A DNA stretch of 64,000 bases from an uncultured delta proteobacterium. GTDB taxonomy: Bacteria > Desulfobacterota > WTBG01 > CAIYCZ01 > CAIRTM01. The position numbers and the translations under genes were made by a program. The stretch spans positions 32,001-96,000 of the forward strand of contig CAWDSQ010000016.1 in NCBI GenBank assembly GCA_963804955.1, in the 5' to 3' direction. Of the stretch, positions 43,333 to 54,214 are shown piece after piece. Each line of letters begins with the position of its first letter. Position 1 is the stretch's first letter. The notes beneath the pieces are model-generated. The model was not told the origin of the DNA and made no database searches. It saw only the letters and a list, made by a program, of their open reading frames with translations.

Positions 43333-46300
43333 TGCCCCTCTTCTGGAGCGGCAGGTTTCAAATCCCGTTTCTCCGGGGGTATGCTTCACATGGTGAGCAA
43401 TGCGATTACGCACCCTCAAGCGCTTCTTTGTTTTAAAGCAGGACGGGCTTAATAACCGCCCTCGTGAGGGGGATACCACCTAACAGCATGGAATATGTGC
43501 CGGGATACTAAATAATTTATCTGTTTGGATACATTCTCGTTGAATTCAGGGCGTTCCGCGCACCAAAATAAAATATGCAGCCATCAATAAACCTCACCAC
43601 ATATGAATCTGCAGCAGGCGCTTCTACGGGGGGTCGGGCTGCAGGGAGCTTGACGCGCAGCTTTTGCGGCGCATGAAACTGCCTGCGCCTTCCGCACTGC
43701 AGCCGGGCCGCTTTTCTTTTGGAGCAGACATCGCGCCGAGCTTGCGGGGGTGGTCCGGCAGTGGATGCACGGCGCATGGCAGCCGCCGAAAAAACCGTTC
43801 CACAAACCCACCCGGGTATCTGGCCCCGCGAGCCCCCGCGGCATGGATGTTCCGTCCTATTCAAAGCGGCTCTGCCGGCTGCGCCACCTTCCGTCATCGC
43901 CGTTGACGCCGCACCTGCAGAGGTCGGCGCTGCACTGCATTACGGCTGCTCCCTGCAGTACGGGCTGCAGCTGCCCGTGCAAGTTGCCTCTGTGTATAAG
44001 CACCACCATCCCGGGGCAGGACATGGAATTCCATGCGGGCGATTTTCTCTGCGAGCTTGCCGTCTGGTGCCTGCAGAATAAAACGCCCCTCATCCCCCAT
44101 CGGCACGCAGCAGCGCATAGTGGCCTCGGAATTCCAGTTTATCTATAACCAGATGATTGCCCGTGCGCAGGATGATTTTGCCGGCCAATCGCGGCAAATC
44201 AAAAAACCCGAGCAGCTTGAAACCCTTGCTGTACAACTTGCGCAACAGGTTTTCAGCTCAGGCATGAGCATCGGGCGCCGAGCGCGAGGACATCATCAAC
44301 CGCGCCTGCTATCTCGGGAGCCGCCTGCTTGATTTGAGCAGGTATCTTTGCGCAACAGGCTACAGGCAGAAACCTGTTCTCCTGCTCTATAAAATGCAGC
44401 TTTCCCTTGATCTGCCGGCCCTGGCGCGCATGTTTTTCTCACCTCCCCTGCGGCGGTTGAAGAAATGTATCAGCCTCTTGACCCCCAGCATGCCTGCACA
44501 TACCGCATGCGCGCACTGCCCTGTGACCGGGAGGCGCCGCCCGTAAAAAAGCATTCAGCCCACAGCGCGAAAATGCAGGCAGCTATCGAAAAATTGCTTG
44601 CCGAACGCATGCAGGAGAAGCTTTCACTTTGCCGACATCGACAGGCTGTGCTCGCAGGTGGCCCTGGCCGTGCGGCAGCATCCGCTGGTGGAGCGGCCCG
44701 CAAGTGTGCGCGGCACCCTTGCCATGCGCGAAATAGCCCAGGGCCTCGGGCCTCATTCGCGGCGCCGTCACCCGCGAAACGCTTGCCAAGGCAGGCTTCT
44801 GTGGCCCTGGCCCACCGCATTCGCCTGGCCCAGGGCGACGACATCTGCATGGAAAGCCTGCTGAAAAGCATTTTCAGCAGCGCCATCTTCGGCATACCGC
44901 TTCCAAAGATGAAGAGCGCGCTGCCGAGCAGCGCCGTCCCCTGACACCCGAAGAGCTGGCACAAGCACTGCAGGGGCTTACTGATGCGGCATTCCGGCAG
45001 CTGGGCCCGGAAGAAGCCCTTCCCACGTCTGACCCCGGCTTTGCCCAGGATGCCATGAACCATCCGCTGGTGCAACAAGCACTGAAGGAGGCCATGGAAA
45101 AAGGGCTCCATGAATGACTCCTATAACGATTATAAAGACCTGCTGCGCGAGCTTGAAGACCGGGGCATGCTTGACATGGCGGATGCATCGAGCATGACCC
45201 TGAGCCAGGACGGGCAGGAGAACTTCAAAGAGAGCCTTGAGGATGCGCTGCGCCGCGGCGAGATTACCCCCGAAGAGCTGGCCGAAGCCCTTAGAAAAAC
45301 GCCCGCAGCATGCCTCCGCCTCCCGGACTGAACGGCGACAAAATGCGCCTGTCGCCGCAGGCGGAAACCGAGCTGATCGCCGAGATGATGGATTTTCAGC
45401 ATCAGGGCCGCTCGGAAAGCACCTCCCTTTGAAGACCTCTACGTGCACTATTCCGTTGGGGAAAATAAAGGCCTTGAGATCGACAAAGAAAAGGTCGATT
45501 ACGACCGCCTTAAAATCATGATCCACGAGCTTGAAAAAAAGGGCGTGCTTGCCATGTCGGGCGAAAAGAAACGGTTCACGCTGTCGCATCTCTCACTTGA
45601 GCGCCTGCTGAAGGGGCTCATCCAGCGGCAGAAGGGGCAAGTCCTGGAAAAACGCGCATTCAAAAAAGATCTCGAGTCGGATAAAACGGATGTGCGCCGC
45701 TACCAGCGGGGTGATGTTTTCAAAAACATATCCATACGCCATACCCTGCGGCGCGTGCTCCAGAAAGGGCAAGTCGTTCGAGGACGTTAATTATACCGAC
45801 CTGCGTGCTTTTGAAAAAAAACCGGCAAACCAGCTTGACATTGCCGTATGCGTCGACATTTCAGCCTCCATGAAGGAAAGCGGCAAGCTGCGGTATGCAA
45901 AAATGGCCATGGCCGAGCTTGCCCGGGCAGCCACTGCCAAAGGTGACCGCATGGGCATCATAGCTTTTTCCAACCTCGGGCAGGTCGTAGAGCCCCTGAC
46001 CGACAAAATAACGCCGCTTATGAATGCCGCCATGACGCTGCGCTCTGAGCAGTACACCAATATCGGCAACGGCCTGCGGGTGGCCCGCCAGATGCTGGAG
46101 AAAGACCGCAACAGCAATGCCAAATTTATTATACTTATTACCGATGGCGAGCCCAATGCCGCCCTGTCCGATGACAGCCGGGGCGACGGTTATTACGCCC
46201 GCGTGGCGGAGTTTTCCCACGGAACTTCTATGGAGGCCAAGCGCGCCATGGGAGCCCAGCATGCCCTGCTGGAGGCCGCAAGAACCCGGCGCAAGCATAT

Positions 46301-46453
46301 GAAAGTTGCGGTTGTCTATATATGCCCGGAAGACAAGGTCGATCCGGAAAGCGAGCGTGTGGCCGCGAAATCGCCCGCAGGGGCGGGGGCAAATTTCACA
46401 GAGTGCGGGCACTGGAACGCCTGCCGCTTGAAGCGCTGGAAACCGTGGCGTAA
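43332..46453 (+). CDS. Large VWA-domain protein, ChlD-like C-terminal half (many frameshifts; N-terminal region uncertain)
   Basis: TAATG coupling to the ATPase; lid-like 'ERPASVRGTL'; DVRRYQRGD...ISIRHTLRR; MIDAS DISASM, TNIG, ITDG. Confidence 0.65.
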
Positions 46454-46504
46454 ACCCCACTACGTGTGAAGCAGTCATATAAAATTGAAAGCATTAAATT
46501 TCCG

Positions 46505-46532
46505 CGTCATCCCGGCGAAAGCCGGTATCCAG
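46505..46532 (+). repeat. CGTC-tagged REP-like palindrome
   Basis: CGTCATCCCGGCGAAAGCCGGTATCCAG; inverted near-copy at 50882-50909. Confidence 0.7.
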
Positions 46533-46593
46533 TTCTCATGCAGGGGCAGGATGTATCGTGCTCCTACTCTGGATTAAGGTTACCAATATCTTC

Positions 46594-46633
46594 AAAAAAA
46601 CAAGGCCCGAAGCCATGCGGCTTCGGGCCTTGT
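46594..46633. terminator. Intrinsic terminator for the AOR operon (convergent genes)
   Basis: AAAAAAACAAGGCCCGAAGCC-ATGC-GGCTTCGGGCCTTGT. Confidence 0.75.
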
Positions 46634-46658
46634 ACGTGTTTCTGCAGATTAACTAATA

Positions 46659-46901
46659 CTACTCGGCCAGAACGGGAAGCAGATAATTAAAACCGTTTTT
46701 GACGGCTTCTTTAGCCTGCTTGCCGCTGATGACCTTCTTCTTCTCAAGATAGTTGACAAGCTTTTCATATCCTTCCAGCAAAATGCGGCGGTGGGTCTTT
46801 TCGTCGACCACGTTCTTGTCTTTCAGATAATCCAGAACGTCGAGCGTCTTGTCGTCTAGGTCTATGAACTTCTTGGCCTGCGCCTGTGTCATGATTGCCA
46901 T
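46659..46901 (-). CDS. Small 80-aa helical two-repeat protein in the AOR operon
   Basis: RBS AAGGAG then MAIMTQAQAKK...; internal repeat LDYLKDKNVV / VNYLEKKKVI. Confidence 0.75.
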   Translation of the reverse strand: MAIMTQAQAKKFIDLDDKTLDVLDYLKDKNVVDEKTHRRILLEGYEKLVNYLEKKKVISGKQAKEAVKNGFNYLLPVLAE

Positions 46902-46927
46902 AATATATCTCCTTTCGCTTATCAGAA

Positions 46928-48678
46928 TTAATAGTAGTATTTTTGTTTTTTCTTTCCAGCGTCGGACATATACTTCGGCTCTGAGCGGAGCGAGGTCTTT
47001 TGCAACGTAGTCAAGGCCGAGCATCTTCAGTCTCTTTTCCGAGGGGAAGCCGGTCTTGGCATCCCAGTCACGATACTTGTAGTACTTTTGCAGCATATCG
47101 TTGAGCGGGAAAACGACGCCGACGTTGGTCTGATAGTCCACGCCCTGGGGCATGGGCTCTTTGAGGAAACGCTCGGGAACCGTATCCTCGCGGGCGCCGG
47201 ACATGCAGCGCGTCCAGTACGCTCGTCCAAGCTGGAAAATACGCTCGCCGATCTCCTGGAACTCTTCCTCGGTGAAGTCAAGGCCGCGGTGCAGGCGTTC
47301 AGGTACTCTACCTGATCGGGGGTAAGCACGGCGTATGACCAGTGCGTGGTGAAACAGCACACCTGGGAACGGTGACTTTGTGTAGCCTTCTGGTTTTCTT
47401 CGTCGAGCAGTGCGGGCTTGTTGGCAGTCGTGGTGGGCTTTGCGCCGCGCTCGTAGCCGAGCAGCTTGGTGTTCAGGCCCGTGTACAGAGCGCCTGAAAG
47501 CTCGCAGCGAGCACAGTGAACGAAGATGATCGCAGCCGCCGCGGGTGCCCTGCGCAAATGACAGGCCGTAGCCGAAACCAAGGCCGCGGGGGTCATCGCC
47601 CGGCAGCGTCATGCCGCGGGTTGTGATGCTGTAATAGTGCGCATCTTGGGGCAGGCCCAGTTTGTCGGCAGCACGGTCTGCGCCTTCGGCAAGAATTGCG
47701 CCGAAGCCTTCTCTTTTTGCTATCATGGGGATAAGCTTATCCATAACCTCTTCATTACCCCATTCAAGCTCAAGACCAGCCAGTTCCTGGTGGTGATGAA
47801 GCCTCTCTGATACCATTCCATGGCAGTCGAGATAACACCGCCGCACTCGATGGCATCCATACCGTAATCATTGGTCAGCCGGGCATTGTGCCAGATATCG
47901 TTGGCGTCTTCGATGATACCGCAGCGAGCATGCGTGCTGGGGAACTGCATGCTCGTATTCGGGACCGCCGAACTCTTCACCTGCCCATTTGCCTTCCTGA
48001 TCTGCGTGAAACGGCCGCAACAGATGGGGCATGAAAAGCAGCCTTCGCGGTGCTTCAGCACGGTGGCGGCGATACCCTTCAGATTCTTGGAGCCGATAAC
48101 GCCGCCCGTGCCGGTACGGCCTGCAGCCCGCCAAACGTCATTGAAGGTACAGGCAAAACGCACCATGTTCTCACCTGCGGGGCCGATCAGCATGATGTGA
48201 ATGTCCTCGTCCCCGAGCTCTTCCTTAATCATCTGGTCCGCCTCGCGGGGGAACTTGCCCCAGAGGTGGCGGGCGTCGCGAATCTCGACCTTGTCGTCAT
48301 CGATCCAGATATACACGGGGTTCTTTGCCTTGCCCTGAACGATGATCTGGTCATAGCCGGCGAACTTTACTTCTGCGCCCCAGTGGCCGCCCATGTTGCC
48401 GAATCGCCGAAGCCGCCCGTGAGCGGGCTTTTGCAGGAAACGGTCACGCGGCCCGTTGAGGGGGCTGCGGTGCCGCTGATCGGGGCCCATGCCGAAGCAG
48501 ACGCGCGCTTCGGGATCATAGGGATCCAAGGTGCGCGGGCACCTCGTTATAGATTACGTCTGAATTGAAACCACGGCCGCCGATCCATTTGCGCCGGTAC
48601 TCATAGGAAAGGGGCTCTTTCTTGATTTCACCTGTGGTGAGATTAACTCTGAGTCTTTGTCCTGCCCCATCCGTACAT
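46928..48678 (-). CDS. aor: Tungsten-containing aldehyde:ferredoxin oxidoreductase family protein (AOR/WOR large subunit); frameshifted, apparent internal gap
   Basis: MYGW...RVNLTTG, WIGGRG, MGGHWGAEVKFAGYD, IGPAGEN, AAGRTG...GSKNLKG, CFSCPICC, GPEYE, YGMDAI, DDPRG, RGGCDH, YYKYRDWD. Confidence 0.88.
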
Positions 48679-48680
48679 AA

Positions 48681-49187
48681 TTAGGCCTCCTCTCCAACAC
48701 TTAGCGGCTTTAAGTCGTTCTTCCAGTTTTTCTCTGCGCTTGGCCTTGAAGGCGACGGTCGGCGTCGTGTAGGTAGATGGCGCCGCTCGGGCACCAGTCG
48801 GCGCAGACAGGGGCCTTCGGCCCGGCCTTCGCACAGAGTCGCACTTGAAGGCTTTGCCGGTTTTATAGTGCATGTTGATGGCGCCGAAAGGGGCATGCCA
48901 TCGCGCACTCTTTGCAGCCGATGCACTTATTGGCATCGATTTTGGTGATTCCTGCCGCGGCGTCCATGGCGCAGGCGCCGGTGGGGCACACATTGGCGCA
49001 GCGGCGCGTCGGTGCAGGCGTCGCAGCCCACGACAAAGGACTCGCCGAATCTCTCGTTACGAACACATGCGATGCGGGAAACCACCTTGCCGCATTCGCC
49101 GTCATGATACAGGGAACACCCTACGACGCAGCTTCTACAGCCGCTGCATTTTTCCTGGTGGTACACCAAGACTTTTTCATTGCTCAT
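48681..49187 (-). CDS. 4Fe-4S dicluster protein (AOR small subunit; DmsB/CooF-like), frameshifted
   Basis: CSGCRSCVVGC, CDACTDAPCANVCP, CIGCKECAMACPFG, KCD. Confidence 0.85.
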
Positions 49188-49324
49188 GTCAGTTACCCTC
49201 CTTTCAAAGGGATCAAAAAAAAGAAACTCTAGCCAGTATTGCCTTTAGTTTCCGGTTCCCCCACGGGAACCGTCGGTGAAAAAAAACACCTCCTTTCATT
49301 TTTTTTATTTTTTACAGAAACTCC

Positions 49325-49433
49325 AAAAAAAAGCCTGAAGGCACAGCTGTGCCTTCAGGCTTCCTTTGCAAAATTGGCGGGCCAAGCACACTGCTTGAGC
49401 CTTATCGAGTCCGCTTTAGAGCGGACTCGGAAG
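49325..49433 (-). ncRNA. Variant Moco/Wco-like riboswitch candidate with fused intrinsic terminator (copy 1)
   Basis: CTTCCGAGTCCGCTCTAAAGCGGACTCGATAAGGCTCAAGCAGTGTGCTTGGCCCGCCAATTTTGCAAAGGAAG + GCCTGAAGGCAC...GTGCCTTCAGGC-T8. Confidence 0.7.
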
Positions 49434-49717
49434 TCCTTAAAGTATGAGCATGTTTAATTACTTTTTTATGACGCAGAAGTCAATGGTTTTTTCACAACTT
49501 AGAAGGAGGTATATTTCAGCCTGATCAGCACCCATGCCTGTCCATCCAACCCGGGTATCGCACCCGCAAAAGCTCTGTTTGTCGTCATATGTTTTTTTGC
49601 TGCGCAGCTTACATCCTTTCTCTCTGTCCAGCCTTTCGGGAAACCTGCCACAGGCTGATAGCTGGCAGGCTTCATTAGAAGCGGCTTTTATGCAGTGTAT
49701 TTGTCTTTTTTTTCAGG

Positions 49718-50674
49718 TCACTGCTTTTCCTGCTGCAGTTTGCTGTCTGCCATTGAATCCAGGATGGCGACATCGGCTTTTTCGCGGAGCGCGTCGGTGA
49801 ACGTATGGAGAAGCGCCACTGAGCACATTTCATAGAGCCTGGCCTTCAGATCTTCTTCAATCAGCTCAAAGGGCCGCTTCCTGCCGCCCTCAATAATGGT
49901 CTTCACCATAAGAACATGCAGGCCTTCATCGGTTCGGATCACGCGGGAAATCTCGCCTTCCTTCATGCGGAAAGCAATGCCGTCAAGGATCGGATGAAAC
50001 TGGCCGGGCGTGACAAAGCCGAGGTTTGCGCCCTTGATCTCAGTGCCGTTCAGAGAGCCTTCGGCAGCGACTTTCTCGAAAGCCGCAGGGTCTGCAGCAA
50101 GCTTTTCAAGCTCCTGACGCACTTTTTTCTCTTCGGCGGGGTCGGCATAGCGGTCCAGCCTCTGCATGACGTGCAGCACGTTACGGACCTCGGGCCCCTG
50201 CATTTCATCAGGATGCTCATCATAATACCGCCGCGCCTCCTGCGAGGTCACGGGCTTTCGCTTGCCCTCCACGGCTGAAGCTGCGGTTTTATTTATTATG
50301 ATATCTTTCTGCACCTGGTCGCGGAACTCCGCCGGACTCAGCCCCGTCATCACGAGCATGGCCTTGAACTGCTGCTCGCTGTCGAATTCGGCAATCGAGC
50401 CGGCGGTCACCGTGGCAATTTCCTCATCCGTGGCGGCAATGCCCGTGCGGCAGCCTTCCTGGTACAGCAGCTCCCGCATAACAAGCTTATCGATCGCATG
50501 CTTGCGGGCAGCATACATTTCCTGCTGCGGCAGGCGCACTTTGCCCTTGCTGTCCTTGTACGGATCAAGCAGGGTCTGCAGGGCCGCTGCCACCTGGTAT
50601 TCGCTGATAACAACGCCATTGACCCGTGCGACAGGGGTCTTTTTTTGAGCTGGATTAATTGTATTTTGTTCCAT
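49718..50674 (-). CDS. SurA/PpiC-type peptidylprolyl isomerase (no obvious signal peptide)
   Basis: VARVNG, SurA N-domain, GANLGFV, EISRVIRTDEGLHVL. Confidence 0.8.
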   Translation of the reverse strand: MEQNTINPAQKKTPVARVNGVVISEYQVAAALQTLLDPYKDSKGKVRLPQQEMYAARKHAIDKLVMRELLYQEGCRTGIAATDEEIATVTAGSIAEFDSEQQFKAMLVMTGLSPAEFRDQVQKDIIINKTAASAVEGKRKPVTSQEARRYYDEHPDEMQGPEVRNVLHVMQRLDRYADPAEEKKVRQELEKLAADPAAFEKVAAEGSLNGTEIKGANLGFVTPGQFHPILDGIAFRMKEGEISRVIRTDEGLHVLMVKTIIEGGRKRPFELIEEDLKARLYEMCSVALLHTFTDALREKADVAILDSMADSKLQQEKQ

Positions 50675-50820
50675 ATGTTTTACCTGCGCAATTATTATTT
50701 ATGTGCCGCTCACACTTCATACAGTAACATATGTCTCAAATACTCCAGCATGTCCACAAAAAATTGTTCTCCTCGACGCGCTGGGGCAACACGTGAAAAG
50801 TGTACAAGATTCATAGTCCA

Positions 50821-50909
50821 GTAGGGGCAGACCTGCGTGTCTGCCAGAGGTCCGCACACCGGTCTGCCCCTACATAAAATTCTGGATGCCGGCTTTCGCC
50901 GGTATGACG
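50821..50909. repeat. GTAG REP doublet followed by a CGTC-type REP
   Basis: GTAGGGGCAGACCTGCGTGTCTGCC...GGTCTGCCCCTAC; CTGGATGCCGGCTTTCGCCGGTATGACG. Confidence 0.75.
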
Positions 50910-50997
50910 ATCTTGTTGGATTTTCGACTTTTTACGAGGGCAGCAAACCTGCTTTTTAATTTATTGAACCTTGAACACAAGACCCTGTAGTGAAGTA

Positions 50998-52296
50998 TCA
51001 GGCGCCTGTCCTTGACACAAACCCGCTCAACTGGTTAACCACAGGGAGAAGCTGCGTCTGAGGCTTTTTGATAAATTCTTTCCACGGCGTCTTTCCGACA
51101 ATAGCACCCCGGACAATGCCTGCTCCGTCCACATTGCCGACAGCCATAAAAGAAACAGGGATGCCGTCTTTCAGCTTTACCTTCTGGTAGATGCTATGAC
51201 TCTTAAAGGTGACTTCTTCAATGTCATCACCCTCTGTCTGAACATCGCCGATAGCAGTTATCCACATCTCGTAGAAGTCAACGCTGTTCATGGGGATATT
51301 GCCCTCATAGGTCCTCTGCTGCCCGGACATGTTGCACGCTGCGATTCTTCCCTGCGCTGCCGCCACTGGCCAGATGGCATTGTATATCCATTCCTTGCTG
51401 ACTATATGACGCGAGCGGCATACATCTCCTGCAGCATAGACATCCTCAACCGTGGTACGCTGGCAATCATCAACAGAGATTATCCGGTCCACCTTAACAT
51501 CTGTGCCTTCAAGAAAGTCCGTGTTTGCTTTAACACCAACAGAGGCAACAATAAAATCAGCTTCTTCTTCTCCGCCGTTTTTATACGTCACAACATACTT
51601 ATTTCCCTGTTTCCGCGTGTCAATAACAGAATTGTGAAGCTCAATATCAAGCAGTTCATGCCGGGTCATCCGTTCCCGAACCCGGGCGCTTGCCTCAAGA
51701 TCAGTCATGCGGCCAAGCACTGTTGGCAGCAGCTCGACTACCTTGACCTGCACTCCCTGCTTCACAAGACCATATGCTGTTTTCAGCCCGACAAATCCTG
51801 CGCCGATAATAATTGCTTTTTTACCCTTCTTTGCCCAGCCTTTCAGTTTGTTTGAATCATCATAATTCCTCATCCCTATAATACCTTCCGGGTCATAGGG
51901 GAAGCTTTTGAGAAAAATGGGTGATGAGCCTGTTGCTACAAGCAGGGTATCATAAGAAATCTTTTTCGTTCTTCCATTCTGTTTTGCATAGACAATCCGG
52001 TTTTTAGCATCGACTTTCTCAGCCCGGGTAGAAAGGTTCAGGTCTATATCACGACCAGTGTACCATTTTTCAGAATGTGACAGAAGGTGGCTCCGGGTAA
52101 CCATACCGCCAAGATAATAGGTAATAAGGCACCGTGAATAAGAGGGCACCGCCTCTTCACCAAGAATAACAATTTTATCTTCAGGATTCAGTGTCCGCAG
52201 AGTATCTGCCGCGGTAACAGCTGCAATGCAGTTACCGATAATAACATGCTGCCGCGCACTTTTTTTTACTTTGGTTTTATTGGCCTGTATTTTCAT
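50998..52296 (-). CDS. FAD/NAD(P)-dependent oxidoreductase (NirB-N/NROR/AorC-like)
   Basis: IIGN...YSRCL, LLVATGS, IIGAGFVG, VYAAGDV, WPVAAAQG. Confidence 0.9.
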   Translation of the reverse strand: MKIQANKTKVKKSARQHVIIGNCIAAVTAADTLRTLNPEDKIVILGEEAVPSYSRCLITYYLGGMVTRSHLLSHSEKWYTGRDIDLNLSTRAEKVDAKNRIVYAKQNGRTKKISYDTLLVATGSSPIFLKSFPYDPEGIIGMRNYDDSNKLKGWAKKGKKAIIIGAGFVGLKTAYGLVKQGVQVKVVELLPTVLGRMTDLEASARVRERMTRHELLDIELHNSVIDTRKQGNKYVVTYKNGGEEEADFIVASVGVKANTDFLEGTDVKVDRIISVDDCQRTTVEDVYAAGDVCRSRHIVSKEWIYNAIWPVAAAQGRIAACNMSGQQRTYEGNIPMNSVDFYEMWITAIGDVQTEGDDIEEVTFKSHSIYQKVKLKDGIPVSFMAVGNVDGAGIVRGAIVGKTPWKEFIKKPQTQLLPVVNQLSGFVSRTGA

Positions 52297-52772
52297 CTTC
52301 GTGTTATCCCCCGTATCTCTTTTATTTTTCTATTTCTTCTTTTTTTCACTGTCGTGCTAAAATCATCAAAAAACAGAGCTTCCCTGTCGCATACGGCAAC
52401 GCAGGGAGGATTATCTTTTTCTCCGCAAATCAGCGTGCACTTAAAAGCTTTTTCAAGGCTCATAACCGTCTTTATTGCTCCATGGGGACATACCATGTTG
52501 CACATAAAGCACCCAATGCACCTTTTTTCATCCTGAATAATAATTCCATCGTTGCCGCACTTCAGTGATTCACCAATGCAGGCATCCACGCAGGGTGTGT
52601 CTTCGCAGTGCTTGCACAGGCGAAGGAAAGGCCCCTGCGGGCTCTGGTACACTTTGATAAATGGTGCATACCCGGCAGAGTCGCTGCTTGATTTGCTGCA
52701 TTGTGCAGAGCAGGCGACTTCGCACTGGCGGCACACATCGCACTTATCAGGTCTAAAAACAAATGCTTTCAT
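52293..52772 (-). CDS. 4Fe-4S dicluster protein (CooF/HydN/AorA-like)
   Basis: CDVCRQCEVAC, CKHCEDTPCVDAC, CIGCFMCNMVCPHG, KCTLIC...CVAVC. Confidence 0.92.
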   Translation of the reverse strand: MKAFVFRPDKCDVCRQCEVACSAQCSKSSSDSAGYAPFIKVYQSPQGPFLRLCKHCEDTPCVDACIGESLKCGNDGIIIQDEKRCIGCFMCNMVCPHGAIKTVMSLEKAFKCTLICGEKDNPPCVAVCDREALFFDDFSTTVKKRRNRKIKEIRGITRR

Positions 52773-53415
52773 ATGTGTCTCCTCTACTTCAAATTATATT
52801 AATATCCTCTATGGCCATAAGAATACCATAGCTGTAAATTATTAAATGGCTGTCGTACAACTGATTCAAAAGGCGCTACTGTAATTGTACTAACTAAGAT
52901 TTAATCAGGCTTTTTGCGTGGAATACAGCGGGCAGGCTTTTTATCCCAATACCTCGACATTATCCACTTCCAATAAAACTAAGGGCAAGCACATTTGCCA
53001 TGCAGACATCTTTTGGCGCTTACTTAGCATACTAATAGTTTACCATGGCATCGAATATTGTGTCAACACGTAAAATTGTACGGGAACCGCTTACGCGATA
53101 TAAAATATTGATATTACTTGTTTAATATTTAAAAATACCTTCCGGCAAATATTGCAAAGGCCTTATTGTTCCCCAACTTTACCGGAGCGTGTTACAATGA
53201 AATAATGGTTATTCCGGGGAGCTGAAGGCGACGAAGAATCTCGTTCTTTAATCGACACAGCCTCTGAGGGAGAGGAGTAAGGTAAGGGTGTGAAAAAGTT
53301 TATTTTTAATAATTCATGAGCACCCTCTCTTCAAGAGAGGGAAATAATTTTATACATACACATCAGCGGACAACATGCCTCGTAATAGTACGTTTACTCT
53401 GCCGGGCTTTTATGT

Positions 53416-54207
53416 TTATTTCGCCATATCCCTATGGGAAAACTTTTGAGTGAGGTTGCGCCTTCGGCATTTCACGCACACATCTTTAAAGTCATCGGAT
53501 AAGTCTTTCAGCTTTCTGTGCACCTCATTTATGAGTGGCTCGGGTGCGACAACCTCTCCGCATATTCTGCACGTATGAAGCTCCACCGAAGTCTGCGACC
53601 AGGTTTCAACTGTCCGTGTGCCTTTCCTGTCGGAAATTTTTATTAATTTTGTCGGGCATACATCCGCGCATGCCGTACAGCCAAAGCATGTATCGGAAGG
53701 CTCCTGGTAGGCAGTGTTAACCCTTGTTTCCGGGCCGCGAGAGATAAAGTTTATAACCCCGGCCCCCACCGCCTCATTACAGACACGCACACACAAGCCG
53801 CAGAGCACGCACTTTTCTTCGGGTGCGCCCTTCTTTTTCTCCTCTTTGCGGGCAAAGCGGGACTCGGTGATACCGTATTTTGCCGCCATTTCCCTGATAT
53901 GATCAGAGTCAGGCGCCTCAGCAAGATAGAGCTCCATGAGGCCTTTCCTGATACCCCTGATTTCCGCAGTATCCGTTTTTACCTCAAGGCCCTCACTTGC
54001 TGCAAGGGTGCATGACGTAGTCATGCCCTTTCTGCCGCCAGCCACAACCTCTACCATGCACAGCCTGCATGCGCCAAAGGCGGCAAGCGCCTCATGATAG
54101 CAGAGGGCCGGAATGTCAATGCCTCCGCTTTTTGCAGCTTTAAGCACCGAGTCACCCTGCTCGGCCTGAATTTTTTTTCCATCAATAATAATTGTTACAT
54201 TCTTCAT
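53416..54207 (-). CDS. NuoG/HydA N-terminal-like 2Fe-2S/4Fe-4S protein without catalytic domain (BamI/BfuA-like)
   Basis: IPALC...GACRLC...SC; CVLCGLCVRVC; CFGCTACADVCP; C-terminal CRIC...CVKC. Confidence 0.88.
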   Translation of the reverse strand: MKNVTIIIDGKKIQAEQGDSVLKAAKSGGIDIPALCYHEALAAFGACRLCMVEVVAGGRKGMTTSCTLAASEGLEVKTDTAEIRGIRKGLMELYLAEAPDSDHIREMAAKYGITESRFARKEEKKKGAPEEKCVLCGLCVRVCNEAVGAGVINFISRGPETRVNTAYQEPSDTCFGCTACADVCPTKLIKISDRKGTRTVETWSQTSVELHTCRICGEVVAPEPLINEVHRKLKDLSDDFKDVCVKCRRRNLTQKFSHRDMAK

Positions 54208-54214
54208 AACGGTA

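Noticed and set aside
43332..46453. Programmed ribosomal frameshifting as described for chlD genes
   Set aside because: Many frameshifts in an error-dense zone and a separate ChlI-like gene exists; no single slippery site can be singled out.
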